A stretch of DNA of 64,000 nucleotides from Streptococcaceae bacterium (GTDB lineage: Bacteria > Bacillota > Bacilli > Lactobacillales > Streptococcaceae): positions 2,214 to 66,213 of the forward strand of contig JAIRUZ010000027.1 of the NCBI GenBank assembly GCA_031254115.1. The letters run 5' to 3'. The notes below the pieces were generated by a model. The model made no database searches. It saw only the letters and a program-made list of their open reading frames with translations, and was not told the DNA's origin. A program made the translations under genes and the position numbers. Shown here in pieces: positions 50,255 through 60,100 of the stretch. Numbering within the stretch: position 1 is the first letter of the stretch; every line of letters begins with the position of its first letter.

Positions 50255-52189
50255 TTAAAACACGCTATCTTCTTCAAGTGTAAATCGGACATTGCTTTCA
50301 ATCCATTTACGGCGCGGCGGAACCTTGTCGCCCATGAGCACGGACACACGTTTTTCGGCTTGCGCCGCGTCGTCAATTTGCACCTGAATGAGCGTGCGCG
50401 TTTCAGGATCCATTGTGGTTTCCCAAAGCTGATCCGCATTCATCTCGCCAAGTCCCTTGTAGCGCTGGAGCGCAGCACCGCGGCCAAATTTCTTGCGCAT
50501 TCTATCCAGTTCTGCATTCGTCCAAGCATAGGCGACTTTTTCTTTTTTTCCTTTGCCCTCGCTCATTTTGTAAAGCGGCGGTAAGGCAATGTACACGTGT
50601 CCCGCCTCGACGAGCGGTTTCATGTAGCGGTAAAAGAACGTCAGCAGCAAAATTTGAATGTGGCTACCGTCGTCGTCCGCGTCCGTCATGATGATGATTT
50701 TGTCATAGTTTCTGTCTTCAAGCGTAAAATCAGCACCCACACCCGCGCCAATCGTATAAATCATCGTGTTGATTTCTTCATTTTTGAGAATGTCGGCCAT
50801 TTTGGCTTTTTCGGTATTGATGACTTTACCGCGCAACGGCAAAATCGCTTGGAACTTGCGGTCGCGTCCCTGCTTGGCTGAGCCACCGGCAGAGTCACCC
50901 TCGACGAGATACAATTCATTTTTCGACGGATTTTTCGTCTGCGCGGGGGTCAATTTGCCTGACAAAAGTCCTTTGTCTTTTTTGGATTTTTTGCCATTTC
51001 TCGAATCCTCGCGCGCCTTACGCGCCGCCTCGCGCGCTTCACGCGCCTTGATGGCTTTGCGAATCAGATTTTGCGCCAATTCGCCATTTTCCATCAGATA
51101 AAAACTGAGTTTTTCAGCGACAATGCTGTCCACAATCGGGCGGGCAAGCGGCGAGCCAAGTTTATCTTTCGTCTGCCCTTCAAACTGCAAATGCTCCTCA
51201 GGCACAAGAATTGACAGCACCGCCGTCAACCCTTCACGGTAATCCGAGCCCTCGAGATTTTTGTCTTTTTCTTTCAAAAGCGCCGTTTTACGCGCGTAAT
51301 CGTTCATCGCTTTTGTCAGCGCTGACTTAAAGCCCGACTCGTGCGTTCCGCCGTCTTTCGTGCGCACATTGTTGACAAAACTGAGAAGATTTTCGGAATA
51401 GCCGTCGTTGTATTGCATCGCCACTTCCACCTCAAAATCGTCTTGCACGCCGTTGAAATACAATACAGGCGTCAGCGAATCTTTGTCTTCATTCAGATAG
51501 CTGACGAAATCCTGCACGCCATTTTCATAGTGAAACTGGTCTGATTGCCCATCACGCTTGTCTTCAAGCGAAATCGTCACATCTTTGAGCAAAAATGCGG
51601 ACTCATTGAGCCTCTCAGAAATAATCGCGTATTTGAAATCCGTCGTCGAGAAAATCGTCACGTCTGGCATAAACGTGACTTTCGTGCCCGTTTTATCCTT
51701 GGGCGCCGAGCCGATTTTTTTAAGACCTGTTGCAGGATGACCGCCATTTTCAAAACGCTGTTTGTAAATCGCGCCGTCGCGCGTGACCTCGACTTCGAGC
51801 CAGCTTGAGAGCGCATTGACAACGGATGAGCCCACACCGTGCAAGCCGCCAGACGTTTTGTAGCCGCCCTGTCCGAATTTTCCGCCCGCGTGCAAAATGG
51901 TAAAAATGACCTCGATTGTCGGCTTGCCGCTTGCGTGCATTCCCGTCGGCATGCCGCGCCCTTCGTCTTCGACCGTTAAACTACCATCCTCGTTAATCGT
52001 CACGCTAATTTTATTGCCAAAGCCGGAGAGCGCCTCGTCGACCGCATTGTCCACGATTTCCCAAACTAAATGATGAAGCCCTGTTGCGTCTGTCGAGCCA
52101 ATATACATGCCCGGCCGCTTTCTGACCGCATCAAGCCCCTCGAGAACCTGAATGCTGCTGTCGTCATAATTCATTATTTCTGTAACCAT
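50255..52189 (-). CDS. parE: Topoisomerase IV subunit B
   Basis: EIVDNAVDE, GLHGVG, EGDSAGG, PLRGK, QRYKGLGEM. Confidence 0.97.
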   Translation of the reverse strand: MVTEIMNYDDSSIQVLEGLDAVRKRPGMYIGSTDATGLHHLVWEIVDNAVDEALSGFGNKISVTINEDGSLTVEDEGRGMPTGMHASGKPTIEVIFTILHAGGKFGQGGYKTSGGLHGVGSSVVNALSSWLEVEVTRDGAIYKQRFENGGHPATGLKKIGSAPKDKTGTKVTFMPDVTIFSTTDFKYAIISERLNESAFLLKDVTISLEDKRDGQSDQFHYENGVQDFVSYLNEDKDSLTPVLYFNGVQDDFEVEVAMQYNDGYSENLLSFVNNVRTKDGGTHESGFKSALTKAMNDYARKTALLKEKDKNLEGSDYREGLTAVLSILVPEEHLQFEGQTKDKLGSPLARPIVDSIVAEKLSFYLMENGELAQNLIRKAIKAREAREAARKAREDSRNGKKSKKDKGLLSGKLTPAQTKNPSKNELYLVEGDSAGGSAKQGRDRKFQAILPLRGKVINTEKAKMADILKNEEINTMIYTIGAGVGADFTLEDRNYDKIIIMTDADDDGSHIQILLLTFFYRYMKPLVEAGHVYIALPPLYKMSEGKGKKEKVAYAWTNAELDRMRKKFGRGAALQRYKGLGEMNADQLWETTMDPETRTLIQVQIDDAAQAEKRVSVLMGDKVPPRRKWIESNVRFTLEEDSVF

Positions 52190-52299
52190 ACTCGCCTATT
52201 TTACACATTATCGGGCGCTTTGTCAAAGGACGACCGTCTATTTTGCTTGCAAGCCCCAAATTTTAAGCAAGGATTAAACTTTTATGATAAAATGTGGTC

Positions 52300-53256
52300 A
52301 TGGTAAAAACACTTTATATGGTGCTCCCGTGCTACAACGAAGAGCTGGTCATTGGCGAAACGTCAAAACGCCTGTCTGAAAAATTTGACCGTCTTCTGTC
52401 AGCTGGCGTGATTTCGGCTGACAGCCGCATTTGTTTTGTCAATGACGGCTCAAAAGACGCGACGTGGGAAAAAATCGCGGCGCTGCATTCTGTCAGCCCT
52501 GACAGATTTTCTGGCATCAATTTGTCGCGCAATCGCGGCCATCAAAATGCGCTTTTGGCTGGGCTGATGACGGTCAAAGACGTGCCTGGCGTAGATTGCG
52601 TGATTTCCATGGACGCGGATCTTCAAGACGATATTGATGCGATTGACGGCATGCTCGAAAAATTTGAAGCAGGCGTTGAGGTCGTATACGGGGTGCGTGA
52701 CAATCGCGACACTGACACGGGCTTTAAGCGCGGGACTGCGGGGCTTTTCTACAAGCTGATGAAATCGCTCGGCTCTGAATCCGTGCCAAATTCAGCTGAT
52801 TTTCGCCTGATGAGCAGACGCGCGCTTGACGGACTTGCCGAATTTGGCGAAGTGAATCTCTTTTTGCGCGGCATGGTGCCGCTCATCGGCTTCAAATCTG
52901 ACATCGTCTACTACAAACGCGGCGAGCGCTTTGCTGGCGAATCCAAATATCCATTCAAAAAAATGTTGTCATTTGCGCTTGACGGCATCACGTCCATGTC
53001 CGCGACGCCCATGCGACTGATTTTCTGGTCGGGGCTGCTCATGTTTCTCATAGCCGTCATCTCTGGGCTCTGGGTGCTGCTCAGTCATTTCATTGGCCAC
53101 ACCGCGGCCGGCTGGTCTTCTCTTGCCGTTCTCATCGTCGCTTTTGGCGGCTTGCAACTCTTAGCTATTGGCATTATCGGCGAATATATCGGGAAAATAT
53201 TCCTTGAAGTCAAAGCGCGCCCGCGCTATCTCATCCAAGATTTTCTCAATAAATAA
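52300..53256 (+). CDS. GT2 polyprenol-phosphate glycosyltransferase (GtrB-like)
   Basis: PCYNE, NDGSKD, DADLQD, DFRLMSR, two C-terminal TMs, GEYIGKI..EVKARP. Confidence 0.92.
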   Translation: MVKTLYMVLPCYNEELVIGETSKRLSEKFDRLLSAGVISADSRICFVNDGSKDATWEKIAALHSVSPDRFSGINLSRNRGHQNALLAGLMTVKDVPGVDCVISMDADLQDDIDAIDGMLEKFEAGVEVVYGVRDNRDTDTGFKRGTAGLFYKLMKSLGSESVPNSADFRLMSRRALDGLAEFGEVNLFLRGMVPLIGFKSDIVYYKRGERFAGESKYPFKKMLSFALDGITSMSATPMRLIFWSGLLMFLIAVISGLWVLLSHFIGHTAAGWSSLAVLIVAFGGLQLLAIGIIGEYIGKIFLEVKARPRYLIQDFLNK

Positions 53257-53269
53257 TATCTGTTTATCA

Positions 53270-53304
53270 AAAAAGTGATCAGCCAAACAGCTGCATCACT
53301 TTTT
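53270..53304. terminator. Bidirectional terminator between convergent genes
   Basis: AAAAAGTGATCAGC...GCTGCATCACTTTTT. Confidence 0.7.
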
Positions 53305-53314
53305 CTTTATCTGT

Positions 53315-54361
53315 TCATTTGAGCTTGAAATCCATGACGACTGGCTGATGGTCGCTGGATTTGAAGTTGTTCGAGACCGTTTTGACTGATAAGCTCGTGA
53401 CATTTTCCGAGACGAGAAAGCCGTCAATCCAGCCAAAAATTTCCTTTGGATCGCTCAGCGTCACGCCATTTGAGCGCACGGACGGCGCCGAACTGTCAGG
53501 ATTTGGCGCTACCACGCGCATGCCTTTTGTCAAATCCGCCGTGGGAAATGATTTCATCCAAGTCAGCTCATTTTTCGGACGGCCAACAAGGTCGTGATTG
53601 TAATCGCCGCCACAAATCACATAATCGCCTGCATCAACGTAAGTTTGCATCGTGTCAAAAATCTTTTTGAGCTGCGCTTTTTGCACGGCAACATTTTTCG
53701 TGTAGGCTGACAAATGTGTGTTAATCAGGACAAATTTCTTCGTCGAGCTTGCAATGGGCAAAATATTCACGTCAAACGCCCGATCCAAGTCAAAAAATTT
53801 ACTGAAATTCGTGTCAATCGGCAAACTGTAACGTGTAGACGCACTAATGTTGTATTTTGAAAGCGTCAAAATGCCAGATTTCGCCTTGCCGATCGGGTCG
53901 AGCACAGGATATTGCAGCCACGCCGAGTCGTAATTTTGCGTCAAAACCGAGCCGTAATCGCCGACTTTCGAGCGCAAACGCGCGGGCTCATTGACGTACT
54001 GGCTGCGTGTGCCTTGCCAATCAATTTCCTGAACCGTCACGAAATCAGGCGCCTGCGAGCGAATCATCCGCGCATCCTCGTCAATCGCGTCATTTACCGC
54101 TTGAACCGAGCGCGCCCGCACTTCCTTGCCACCGTCCATGAAAAACGTATAATCCGCCGGATAAGAGCCGTAGCCGATGTTATACGTCATCAGCTTGTAA
54201 GTTTTGCCCGTCGTGAGCTCAGTCGCACGGTTTGACGTGACCGTCTGCTTTTGAGCGTCCGCAATTCGGTGATACTGAATATAAACATACGCCACATAGA
54301 CGCCCGCAATCAGCACGACAAGCGCAAATAAAAGAACGATACTTTTGATAAACTTTTTCAT
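53315..54361 (-). CDS. Membrane-anchored EEP-family protein
   Basis: N-terminal TM, TYNIG, QE, NTHL, GGDYN, SDHQP. Confidence 0.88.
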   Translation of the reverse strand: MKKFIKSIVLLFALVVLIAGVYVAYVYIQYHRIADAQKQTVTSNRATELTTGKTYKLMTYNIGYGSYPADYTFFMDGGKEVRARSVQAVNDAIDEDARMIRSQAPDFVTVQEIDWQGTRSQYVNEPARLRSKVGDYGSVLTQNYDSAWLQYPVLDPIGKAKSGILTLSKYNISASTRYSLPIDTNFSKFFDLDRAFDVNILPIASSTKKFVLINTHLSAYTKNVAVQKAQLKKIFDTMQTYVDAGDYVICGGDYNHDLVGRPKNELTWMKSFPTADLTKGMRVVAPNPDSSAPSVRSNGVTLSDPKEIFGWIDGFLVSENVTSLSVKTVSNNFKSSDHQPVVMDFKLK

Positions 54362-54394
54362 TCGTTAATTATAACCTAAAATTTTGCAAAATAA

Positions 54395-54451
54395 AAACCT
54401 GTCAGTTTCGTACGCTGAGCTGTGCTCAGGAGAAAATGCTCTGACAGGTTT
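54395..54451. repeat. Hairpin repeat element, inverted copy of 59799-59851
   Basis: AAACCTGTCAG...CTGACAGGTTT with inner CTGAGC/GCTCAG stem. Confidence 0.75.
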
Positions 54452-54458
54452 AAATCTT

Positions 54459-55868
54459 TTATTTTCTGCCTTTGACGACGTTGTAAATCGGGAAGCCAAT
54501 GGCAATGACGACGATACTGATGAGCGCCGGTAGCTGATAGCCAAGGAATGAGCCTGTCAGCGTCATGACGAGAATGAACACACCACCGATGATGGCAATG
54601 GCTGGAACCACTGGATAAAGCGGCACTTTGTAAGGGCGCTCAAGCTCAGGTTCTTTTTTGCGGAGGATAAAGAGCGCCACGAACACCATTGTGTAAAACA
54701 GCCAGTTGGCAAAGATACACAGATTTGTGAGCAAGCCAAACGCACCGCCAGCCGCCGCGAAATCGCCAGATGCGGGGATAAAATTCGCCAAAAGCATCAC
54801 CGTTGCAATAATCAACTGCAGAATGGCTGCATTTACAGGTACACTATTCTTTGAAAGTTTTGAAAGGCTGAAAAGTTTTATTTTGTTTTCTCTTGCAAAC
54901 GCGTATGTCGCGCGCGATCCCGTCATCGTGTAGCCGTTGATAGTCCCATAGACCGAAATCATGATACCAATTGTAATTAATTTGCCAGCCCAGCCGCCAA
55001 ATAAAAGATCTGCAATTTTGCCTGGTAAGACAGCCGTTCCTTGATGCGGATCATTTGTGATTGTTGCAAGCTGATTCACGCCCAACGTGTGAATGTAGGC
55101 CGCATTGATCAGCACATAAATCAGGGTAATCGCAATAAGTCCAAAAATAATTGCGCGCGGCAAATCCCGTTTTGGATTTTTCATCTCACCTGCAACATTT
55201 CCGACATAAATCCAGCCGTCATAGGCAAACATCGTAGCCAAAAGGCCCAGCCCAATTGTCTGTGCAAGCGATGGATGATTCGCAACCGCCTCACCCACAG
55301 CAATCGGAAAGATTGAAAAATTCACTGCGTGCGGATTAATAAATAAACCGATCAAGATAATCAAGACAATCGGAATCAACTTAATGACAAGCGTCACAGA
55401 CTGAACAGTTCCTGCAACTTTTGCGCTGATAAAATTCAGCAAGGTCACAGACAAGGCAGCAAGAATACCGATAATGACAATCGCACCCGTTGTTTGCTTC
55501 ATACCGAATAAATTTAGAAATTGAACTGCAAAAACCGTCGCAAGCGCCGCAATCTGCGCTGGATAATTAATCAGCGTCTGCGCCCAGCCAGTCACAAACC
55601 CCCACGCCTTGCCAAAGCCTCGTTCAATGTAGCGAATGAGACCGCCAGTCTCAGGAATCGCAGCTGCAAGTTCTGCCGCCGTCAACCCACCTGCGATGGA
55701 AAGTAGTCCACCGAGCGTCCAAACGAGCAATTGCAAACCCGCATTACCTGTCATGCTTGAGATAGTGCCCGCTTTAAAGAATACACCCGCTCCAATGACG
55801 GTTCCCATGACCATCGCAAGTACTGGGAAAAAGCCGAGCGAGCGCTTTAATTCTTGTTTTTCTTCCAT
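54459..55868 (-). CDS. APC-family amino acid permease (SteT/SerP-like)
   Basis: GTVIGAGVF, ELAAAIPETGG, FAYDGW, EMKNPKRDLPRAI, RPYKVP. Confidence 0.92.
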   Translation of the reverse strand: MEEKQELKRSLGFFPVLAMVMGTVIGAGVFFKAGTISSMTGNAGLQLLVWTLGGLLSIAGGLTAAELAAAIPETGGLIRYIERGFGKAWGFVTGWAQTLINYPAQIAALATVFAVQFLNLFGMKQTTGAIVIIGILAALSVTLLNFISAKVAGTVQSVTLVIKLIPIVLIILIGLFINPHAVNFSIFPIAVGEAVANHPSLAQTIGLGLLATMFAYDGWIYVGNVAGEMKNPKRDLPRAIIFGLIAITLIYVLINAAYIHTLGVNQLATITNDPHQGTAVLPGKIADLLFGGWAGKLITIGIMISVYGTINGYTMTGSRATYAFARENKIKLFSLSKLSKNSVPVNAAILQLIIATVMLLANFIPASGDFAAAGGAFGLLTNLCIFANWLFYTMVFVALFILRKKEPELERPYKVPLYPVVPAIAIIGGVFILVMTLTGSFLGYQLPALISIVVIAIGFPIYNVVKGRK

Positions 55869-56060
55869 TTGTTTCTCCTTAATAAATAAATCCAACACAG
55901 AGAATCCTCTGCAAGTAAACTGTAACACAAATTTCTTGATTACGCAAGTAATTCTAAAAATTATCTCATCTCAAATGAGCAATTGTTCGATTTATGTGAA
56001 AATAATGAGAAAAAAATCCCACACGGCAGGTGCCCGAATGGAATTTTGAGTTTTTTAATG

Positions 56061-56180
56061 AATCTGTTTCATAACCCTACTTTTTCTCCTAACCACGCTT
56101 TAGCGCTCGGCGCATGCGCCAAGTAAATGAACGCAAAGCTGAGTTAGAATTCAAAAGCAAAGCGGGTTATGAAACAAGTT
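56061..56180. mobile_element. MITE-like repeat, short copy
   Basis: Same 13-bp TIRs; reverse complement aligns with both ends and the core of 1227-1485. Confidence 0.75.
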
Positions 56181-57598
56181 TAATCCACGAAATCTTTGAG
56201 TTTCTTGCTTCTTCGCGGATGGCGAAGTTTTTTGAGCGCTTTGGCTTCGATTTGACGAATGCGTTCGCGTGTCACTTTAAATTGGCGTCCGACATCTTCG
56301 AGCGTATGCAAACGGCCATCGTCAAGACCAAAACGCATGCGCAGCACATTTTCCTCGCGATCCGTCAGTGTGTCCATGACCTCGTCCAGCTGCTGACGCA
56401 GCATCATACGATTCGTGTAAGCCGCTGGATCTTCAATCACATCATCTTCGATGAAATCGCCCAAATGACTGTCGTCTTCTTCGCCAATTGGCGTTTCAAG
56501 CGATACGGGATCTTGTGCAATTTTCAAAATCTCACGCACGCGCTGCGGCTCAAGATTCATGCGCTCGCCGATTTGCTCAGGCGTTGGATCCGAGCCCAAC
56601 TCTTGGAGCAATGTGCGTTGCACGCGAATGAGCTTATTAATCGTCTCAACCATGTGCACAGGAATACGAATCGTACGAGCCTGATCGGCAATCGCGCGCG
56701 TAATCGCTTGGCGAATCCACCAAGTTGCATAGGTCGAGAACTTGAAGCCTTTGGTGTAGTCAAACTTGTCGACGGCTTTCATAAGCCCCATATTGCCTTC
56801 TTGAATCAAATCCAAAAATTGCATGCCGCGCCCTGAATAGCGCTTGGCAATCGAGACAACCAGACGCAGATTAGCTTCGGCTAACATTTGCTTGGCAAGC
56901 GCGCCTTCGTCTCCGCCTCGAATAATCGCCTCTGCAAGCTGCGTTTCGCGTTCAATCGGAATTAAATCATACTGGCCGATTTCTTTGAGATACATGCGTA
57001 CGGGATCGTCAACGCGGCTTTTGGCGACAATATTATCAAGCTGTGCAAGTTCTTTTTCAAGTTCTTTATTCACCTGAAGCGCCATGGCTGACGGATTTCC
57101 CTCTTCGTCAACGATGGCAATACCTGCATCTTGGATTTTCTGGAGCGTATCCTCGATTTGCTCGGGATTGAGCGTCAAATCAGCCGAGAATTCCGTAATC
57201 TCACTGTCAATGACTTGCACCGTCACCATATGATCTTTGATGAAGGCGCGCAGAGCACGCTCAAATTCTGCTTTTGAGGTCTGCGGCAAGGGCTGTTTTG
57301 GCGCGCTGATTTTAGGAGAGGCTGATTTTTTAGGCGCGGGTGCGCTTGCTGCCTTTTTTTCAGCCGCTTTTTTATCTTCGGCTTCTTTTGCCTTTAATTG
57401 CGCTTTTTTTTGTGCGTCTTTAACTTTGGCCACTTTTTTGGCTTCGTCTAAAATCCTCTTTTCTTCGTCAGCTGTGACAGAATTCGAGTGGCTGATTGCT
57501 GGAATTCCAAGGGTTTTCGCGGCAGACATCAACTCTTGATTGGTAAATCCGTTTTCTTTTGCAATTTGGTTGAGTCGTTTTTTAGTAGGTGTTGTCAT
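56180..57598 (-). CDS. rpoD: Primary sigma factor with ~100 aa N-terminal extension
   Basis: [44 protein letters not shown]; follows dnaG. Confidence 0.97.
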   Translation of the reverse strand: MTTPTKKRLNQIAKENGFTNQELMSAAKTLGIPAISHSNSVTADEEKRILDEAKKVAKVKDAQKKAQLKAKEAEDKKAAEKKAASAPAPKKSASPKISAPKQPLPQTSKAEFERALRAFIKDHMVTVQVIDSEITEFSADLTLNPEQIEDTLQKIQDAGIAIVDEEGNPSAMALQVNKELEKELAQLDNIVAKSRVDDPVRMYLKEIGQYDLIPIERETQLAEAIIRGGDEGALAKQMLAEANLRLVVSIAKRYSGRGMQFLDLIQEGNMGLMKAVDKFDYTKGFKFSTYATWWIRQAITRAIADQARTIRIPVHMVETINKLIRVQRTLLQELGSDPTPEQIGERMNLEPQRVREILKIAQDPVSLETPIGEEDDSHLGDFIEDDVIEDPAAYTNRMMLRQQLDEVMDTLTDREENVLRMRFGLDDGRLHTLEDVGRQFKVTRERIRQIEAKALKKLRHPRRSKKLKDFVD

Positions 57599-59442
57599 TT
57601 GCTCGTTTCTCCTTGTAATTGTTTTTTGAGTGCGACGATATCAATCGTCAATCTGAGGACCTTTTCGCTGTCAGAGAGCTGCTGCGCGGCTGTAAGCTCG
57701 CGACCCGCCGCTTCTATTTTTTGCTGAATCGCGGCTTTTGCGAGACTTTCGGTCAGCTCCAAAATTTCTCGGTCTGTCACAATTTCTGGCAAATCAAGAG
57801 CCAAAATCACCAACATTTTCCCGCGAAGTGGCTCAGGGAGCGTCAGGGCAAACTCTGTCCAATCCGTGACGTGCGAGAGTTGCGCGTTAATTATTTTTCC
57901 GAACAAGTGTTGATAGTCCGTATGAATGAAACTCGGCGCACCGTTTTTCTCGAGCATATCAATCAACTCTGGCTTTTTTGTCAGCCGCGAGAGGAGCTGC
58001 TGCTCAAGCCGCTCGCCGCCTGCAAGCGGCGCAATGAACGCTTCTTGTGCCTCAGGTTGTTCTTGCGGCCACGCCTGCGGCGCGTCGAGTTCTGAAAACG
58101 TATCATAGTACCTGTCAGCCGCTCTATCAGTTCTGTCAGCGCTGACAGAACCTGAATTTCGATACTGATTGACCGCTTTTTCGACCTGATCGTACTCAAA
58201 ATCTGGCAACAGCTCTGTTAGCCGCTTGACATAAACATCTTGAGCCGCAAGGCTCATTTCATGCGCGATAATCGGTGCAAGCTGCCCCAGAAAATCAACT
58301 TGCGTGTCCACCGTGCTCAGATTTTCTGGGCGCAGATAAGCCATCAAAAATTCGCTGCGGCTGATCCGCGTGGTGCCAAGAAGCGCGCGAAGCGCGTCAA
58401 TTCCCTGCGTGCGCTGATAATCGTCAGGGTCTTTTCCATCAGGAATTTTGACAATTGCAACCTCGCGATTCTCTAACAATGCGAGCGCCTTGTAAATTGC
58501 GGCCTGACCTGCAGCGTCGCCGTCATACACGAGCACAAATTTTTGCGCGAGCCGGCTCAATCGCTTGACGTGCTTTTCTGTCAGCGCAGTTCCCATGCTC
58601 GCGACCGCATTGTCAACGCCCGCACGATGCGCGGCAATCACGTCCATGAAGCCTTCCATGAGAACGACTTCGTGCATTTTTGCAATGGAGGCACGCGCTT
58701 TATCAAAATTCCAGAGCTCAAAGGATTTATCAAAAATCTTTGTCGCGCTCGTGTTGACATATTTGCCTTGGCGCGTATCGCCCTCTTGCCAAATCCGCCC
58801 CGAGAAACCGACTGTTTGCCCATATTGATTGCGAATCGGGAACATCAGTCGATTCTGAAACGTATCAAATACTTTGGAGCGACTAAAGTTGAACAAACCA
58901 CTGTCAGCCAGCACGCTTTCGTCAAATGTGACAGACAGATTTTGATACAAAAAATCGTCATTGTCAGGCGCGAGCCCGATTTCGTAGCGTTTAATCGTGT
59001 CCTCATCAATGCCACGCGCTGACAGATACGCGTGCGCCGCAACGCCTGCCTGCGTTGACGTGAGAATCATGTGATACATGCGCGCCGCTTGATTATTGAT
59101 GTCAAACAACGCACGATTCGGGTCATCTTCCTGCGTCTCGCCCATTTTGTCAAAGCTGACAGAAATTCCCGCCATTTCCGCGACCTGCGCGAGTGCCGCT
59201 TGAAAATCAACCGTCTGAGAATCTTGGATGAATTGGAACACATCACCCGATTTTCCGCAGCCGAAGCAATGATAGAAGCCTTTTTCCGCATTGACGCTGA
59301 AACTTGGCGTTTTTTCCCCGTGAAAGGGACACAGCCCCAAATAATTGCGCCCTTGCTTCTTGAGCTGTACCACTTGGCCTACCACGTCAAGAATCGAGAC
59401 GCGCGACTTTATCTCAGCAATTTCTTCTTTAGTGACTGCCAT
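57595..59442 (-). CDS. dnaG: DNA primase
   Basis: CPFH...CFGC zinc finger, FSGR, EGFMDV, YDGD, KDPD. Confidence 0.97.
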   Translation of the reverse strand: MAVTKEEIAEIKSRVSILDVVGQVVQLKKQGRNYLGLCPFHGEKTPSFSVNAEKGFYHCFGCGKSGDVFQFIQDSQTVDFQAALAQVAEMAGISVSFDKMGETQEDDPNRALFDINNQAARMYHMILTSTQAGVAAHAYLSARGIDEDTIKRYEIGLAPDNDDFLYQNLSVTFDESVLADSGLFNFSRSKVFDTFQNRLMFPIRNQYGQTVGFSGRIWQEGDTRQGKYVNTSATKIFDKSFELWNFDKARASIAKMHEVVLMEGFMDVIAAHRAGVDNAVASMGTALTEKHVKRLSRLAQKFVLVYDGDAAGQAAIYKALALLENREVAIVKIPDGKDPDDYQRTQGIDALRALLGTTRISRSEFLMAYLRPENLSTVDTQVDFLGQLAPIIAHEMSLAAQDVYVKRLTELLPDFEYDQVEKAVNQYRNSGSVSADRTDRAADRYYDTFSELDAPQAWPQEQPEAQEAFIAPLAGGERLEQQLLSRLTKKPELIDMLEKNGAPSFIHTDYQHLFGKIINAQLSHVTDWTEFALTLPEPLRGKMLVILALDLPEIVTDREILELTESLAKAAIQQKIEAAGRELTAAQQLSDSEKVLRLTIDIVALKKQLQGETSK

Positions 59443-59493
59443 GCCTCTCCTTTCTTACGCGCTCACAAGCTCGCATACATTTTCATAAAGCAC

Positions 59494-59520
59494 AAAAAAC
59501 GCCGTCAGGCGCTATTTTTT
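59494..59520 (-). terminator. Weak terminator after the small ORF
   Basis: Minus strand GCGCC-TGAC-GGCGT followed by T run. Confidence 0.5.
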
Positions 59521-59535
59521 CTGTTTCCTGAAAAA

Positions 59536-59655
59536 TTATTTTTTCTCAGTCTTTGCAGCTGGTTTTTCAACTTTTTTGATACCATAAGCTGCGAAATGTT
59601 TATGTCCGCCGCTTGGTGTGTTACGCTTACCAAATTTTTTTGATTTATAAGCCAT
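59536..59655 (-). CDS. Small basic hypothetical protein, 39 aa (below ORF-track cutoff)
   Basis: SD GAAAGGGG; MAYKSKKFGKRNTPSGGHKHFAAYGIKKVEKPAAKTEKK; downstream terminator. Confidence 0.6.
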   Translation of the reverse strand: MAYKSKKFGKRNTPSGGHKHFAAYGIKKVEKPAAKTEKK

Positions 59656-59697
59656 CATTGCCCCTTTCAATTACACAGAACGGTCAAGCCGAACTTA

Positions 59698-59785
59698 CGG
59701 AGAAGACAGGATTCGAACCTGCGCACCAGTTTCCCAGCCTAACGATTTAGCAAACCGTCCTCTTCAGCCTCTTGAGTACTTCTCC
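59698..59785 (-). tRNA. tRNA-Ser(GCT)
   Basis: Cloverleaf with long variable arm; anticodon loop TT-GCT-AA; GGTTCGAATCC. Confidence 0.95.
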
Positions 59786-59798
59786 ATTTATTTGTCTT

Positions 59799-59851
59799 AT
59801 CTGTCAGCGGTATTTCTCCTGAGCACAGCTCGGTGTGCGAAACTGACAGAT
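59799..59851. repeat. Hairpin repeat element in the tRNA spacer
   Basis: ATCTGTCAG...CTGACAGAT; interior nearly identical to reverse complement of 54395-54451. Confidence 0.75.
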
Positions 59852-59924
59852 GGGAAATTGAGGACTCGAACCTCAGACCCCTGCGTTATCAACACAGTGC
59901 TCTAACCAACTGAGCTAATCTCCC
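59851..59924 (-). tRNA. tRNA-Ile(GAT)
   Basis: TAGCTCAGTTGGTTAGAGC D-arm; loop TT-GAT-AA; GGTTCGAGTCC. Confidence 0.95.
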
Positions 59925-59945
59925 TATTTGGCGAGCGTGTTGTCA

Positions 59946-60016
59946 AGCGGATGACGAGAATCGAACTCGCGACGCGACCTTGGGAAGGTCGAGTTTTACC
60001 ACTAAACTACATCCGC
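59946..60016 (-). tRNA. tRNA-Gly(CCC)
   Basis: GCGGATG acceptor stem; anticodon arm CGACC-TTCCCAA-GGTCG; AGTTCGATTCT. Confidence 0.92.
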
Positions 60017-60046
60017 CTCTTGCAGCTGAACTTAGCAACAAGAGAA

Positions 60047-60075
60047 ATTATACACTAAATTTTAAGGAAATGCAA
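60047..60075 (-). promoter_or_regulatory. Sigma-A promoter of the tRNA cluster
   Basis: TTGCAT, 17 bp, TATAAT. Confidence 0.75.
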
Positions 60076-60100
60076 GCCCGAGCGTCTTTATTTGCCCGCT

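Noticed and set aside
55870-56050. Riboswitch or CodY box upstream of the amino acid permease
   Set aside because: No lysine or T-box consensus; the best CodY-like 15-mer has five mismatches; the hairpin at ~56010-56048 is better read as the rpoD terminator.
3489-59643. Long antisense/overlapping ORFs in the track (e.g. 3489-4166, 8011-8613, 56114-56836, 59071-59643)
   Set aside because: Shadow frames of well-supported genes on the opposite strand, with no recognisable motifs.
59536-59655. rpsU (S21), expected upstream of dnaG
   Set aside because: No ALRRFK/YEKPS motifs and too short.
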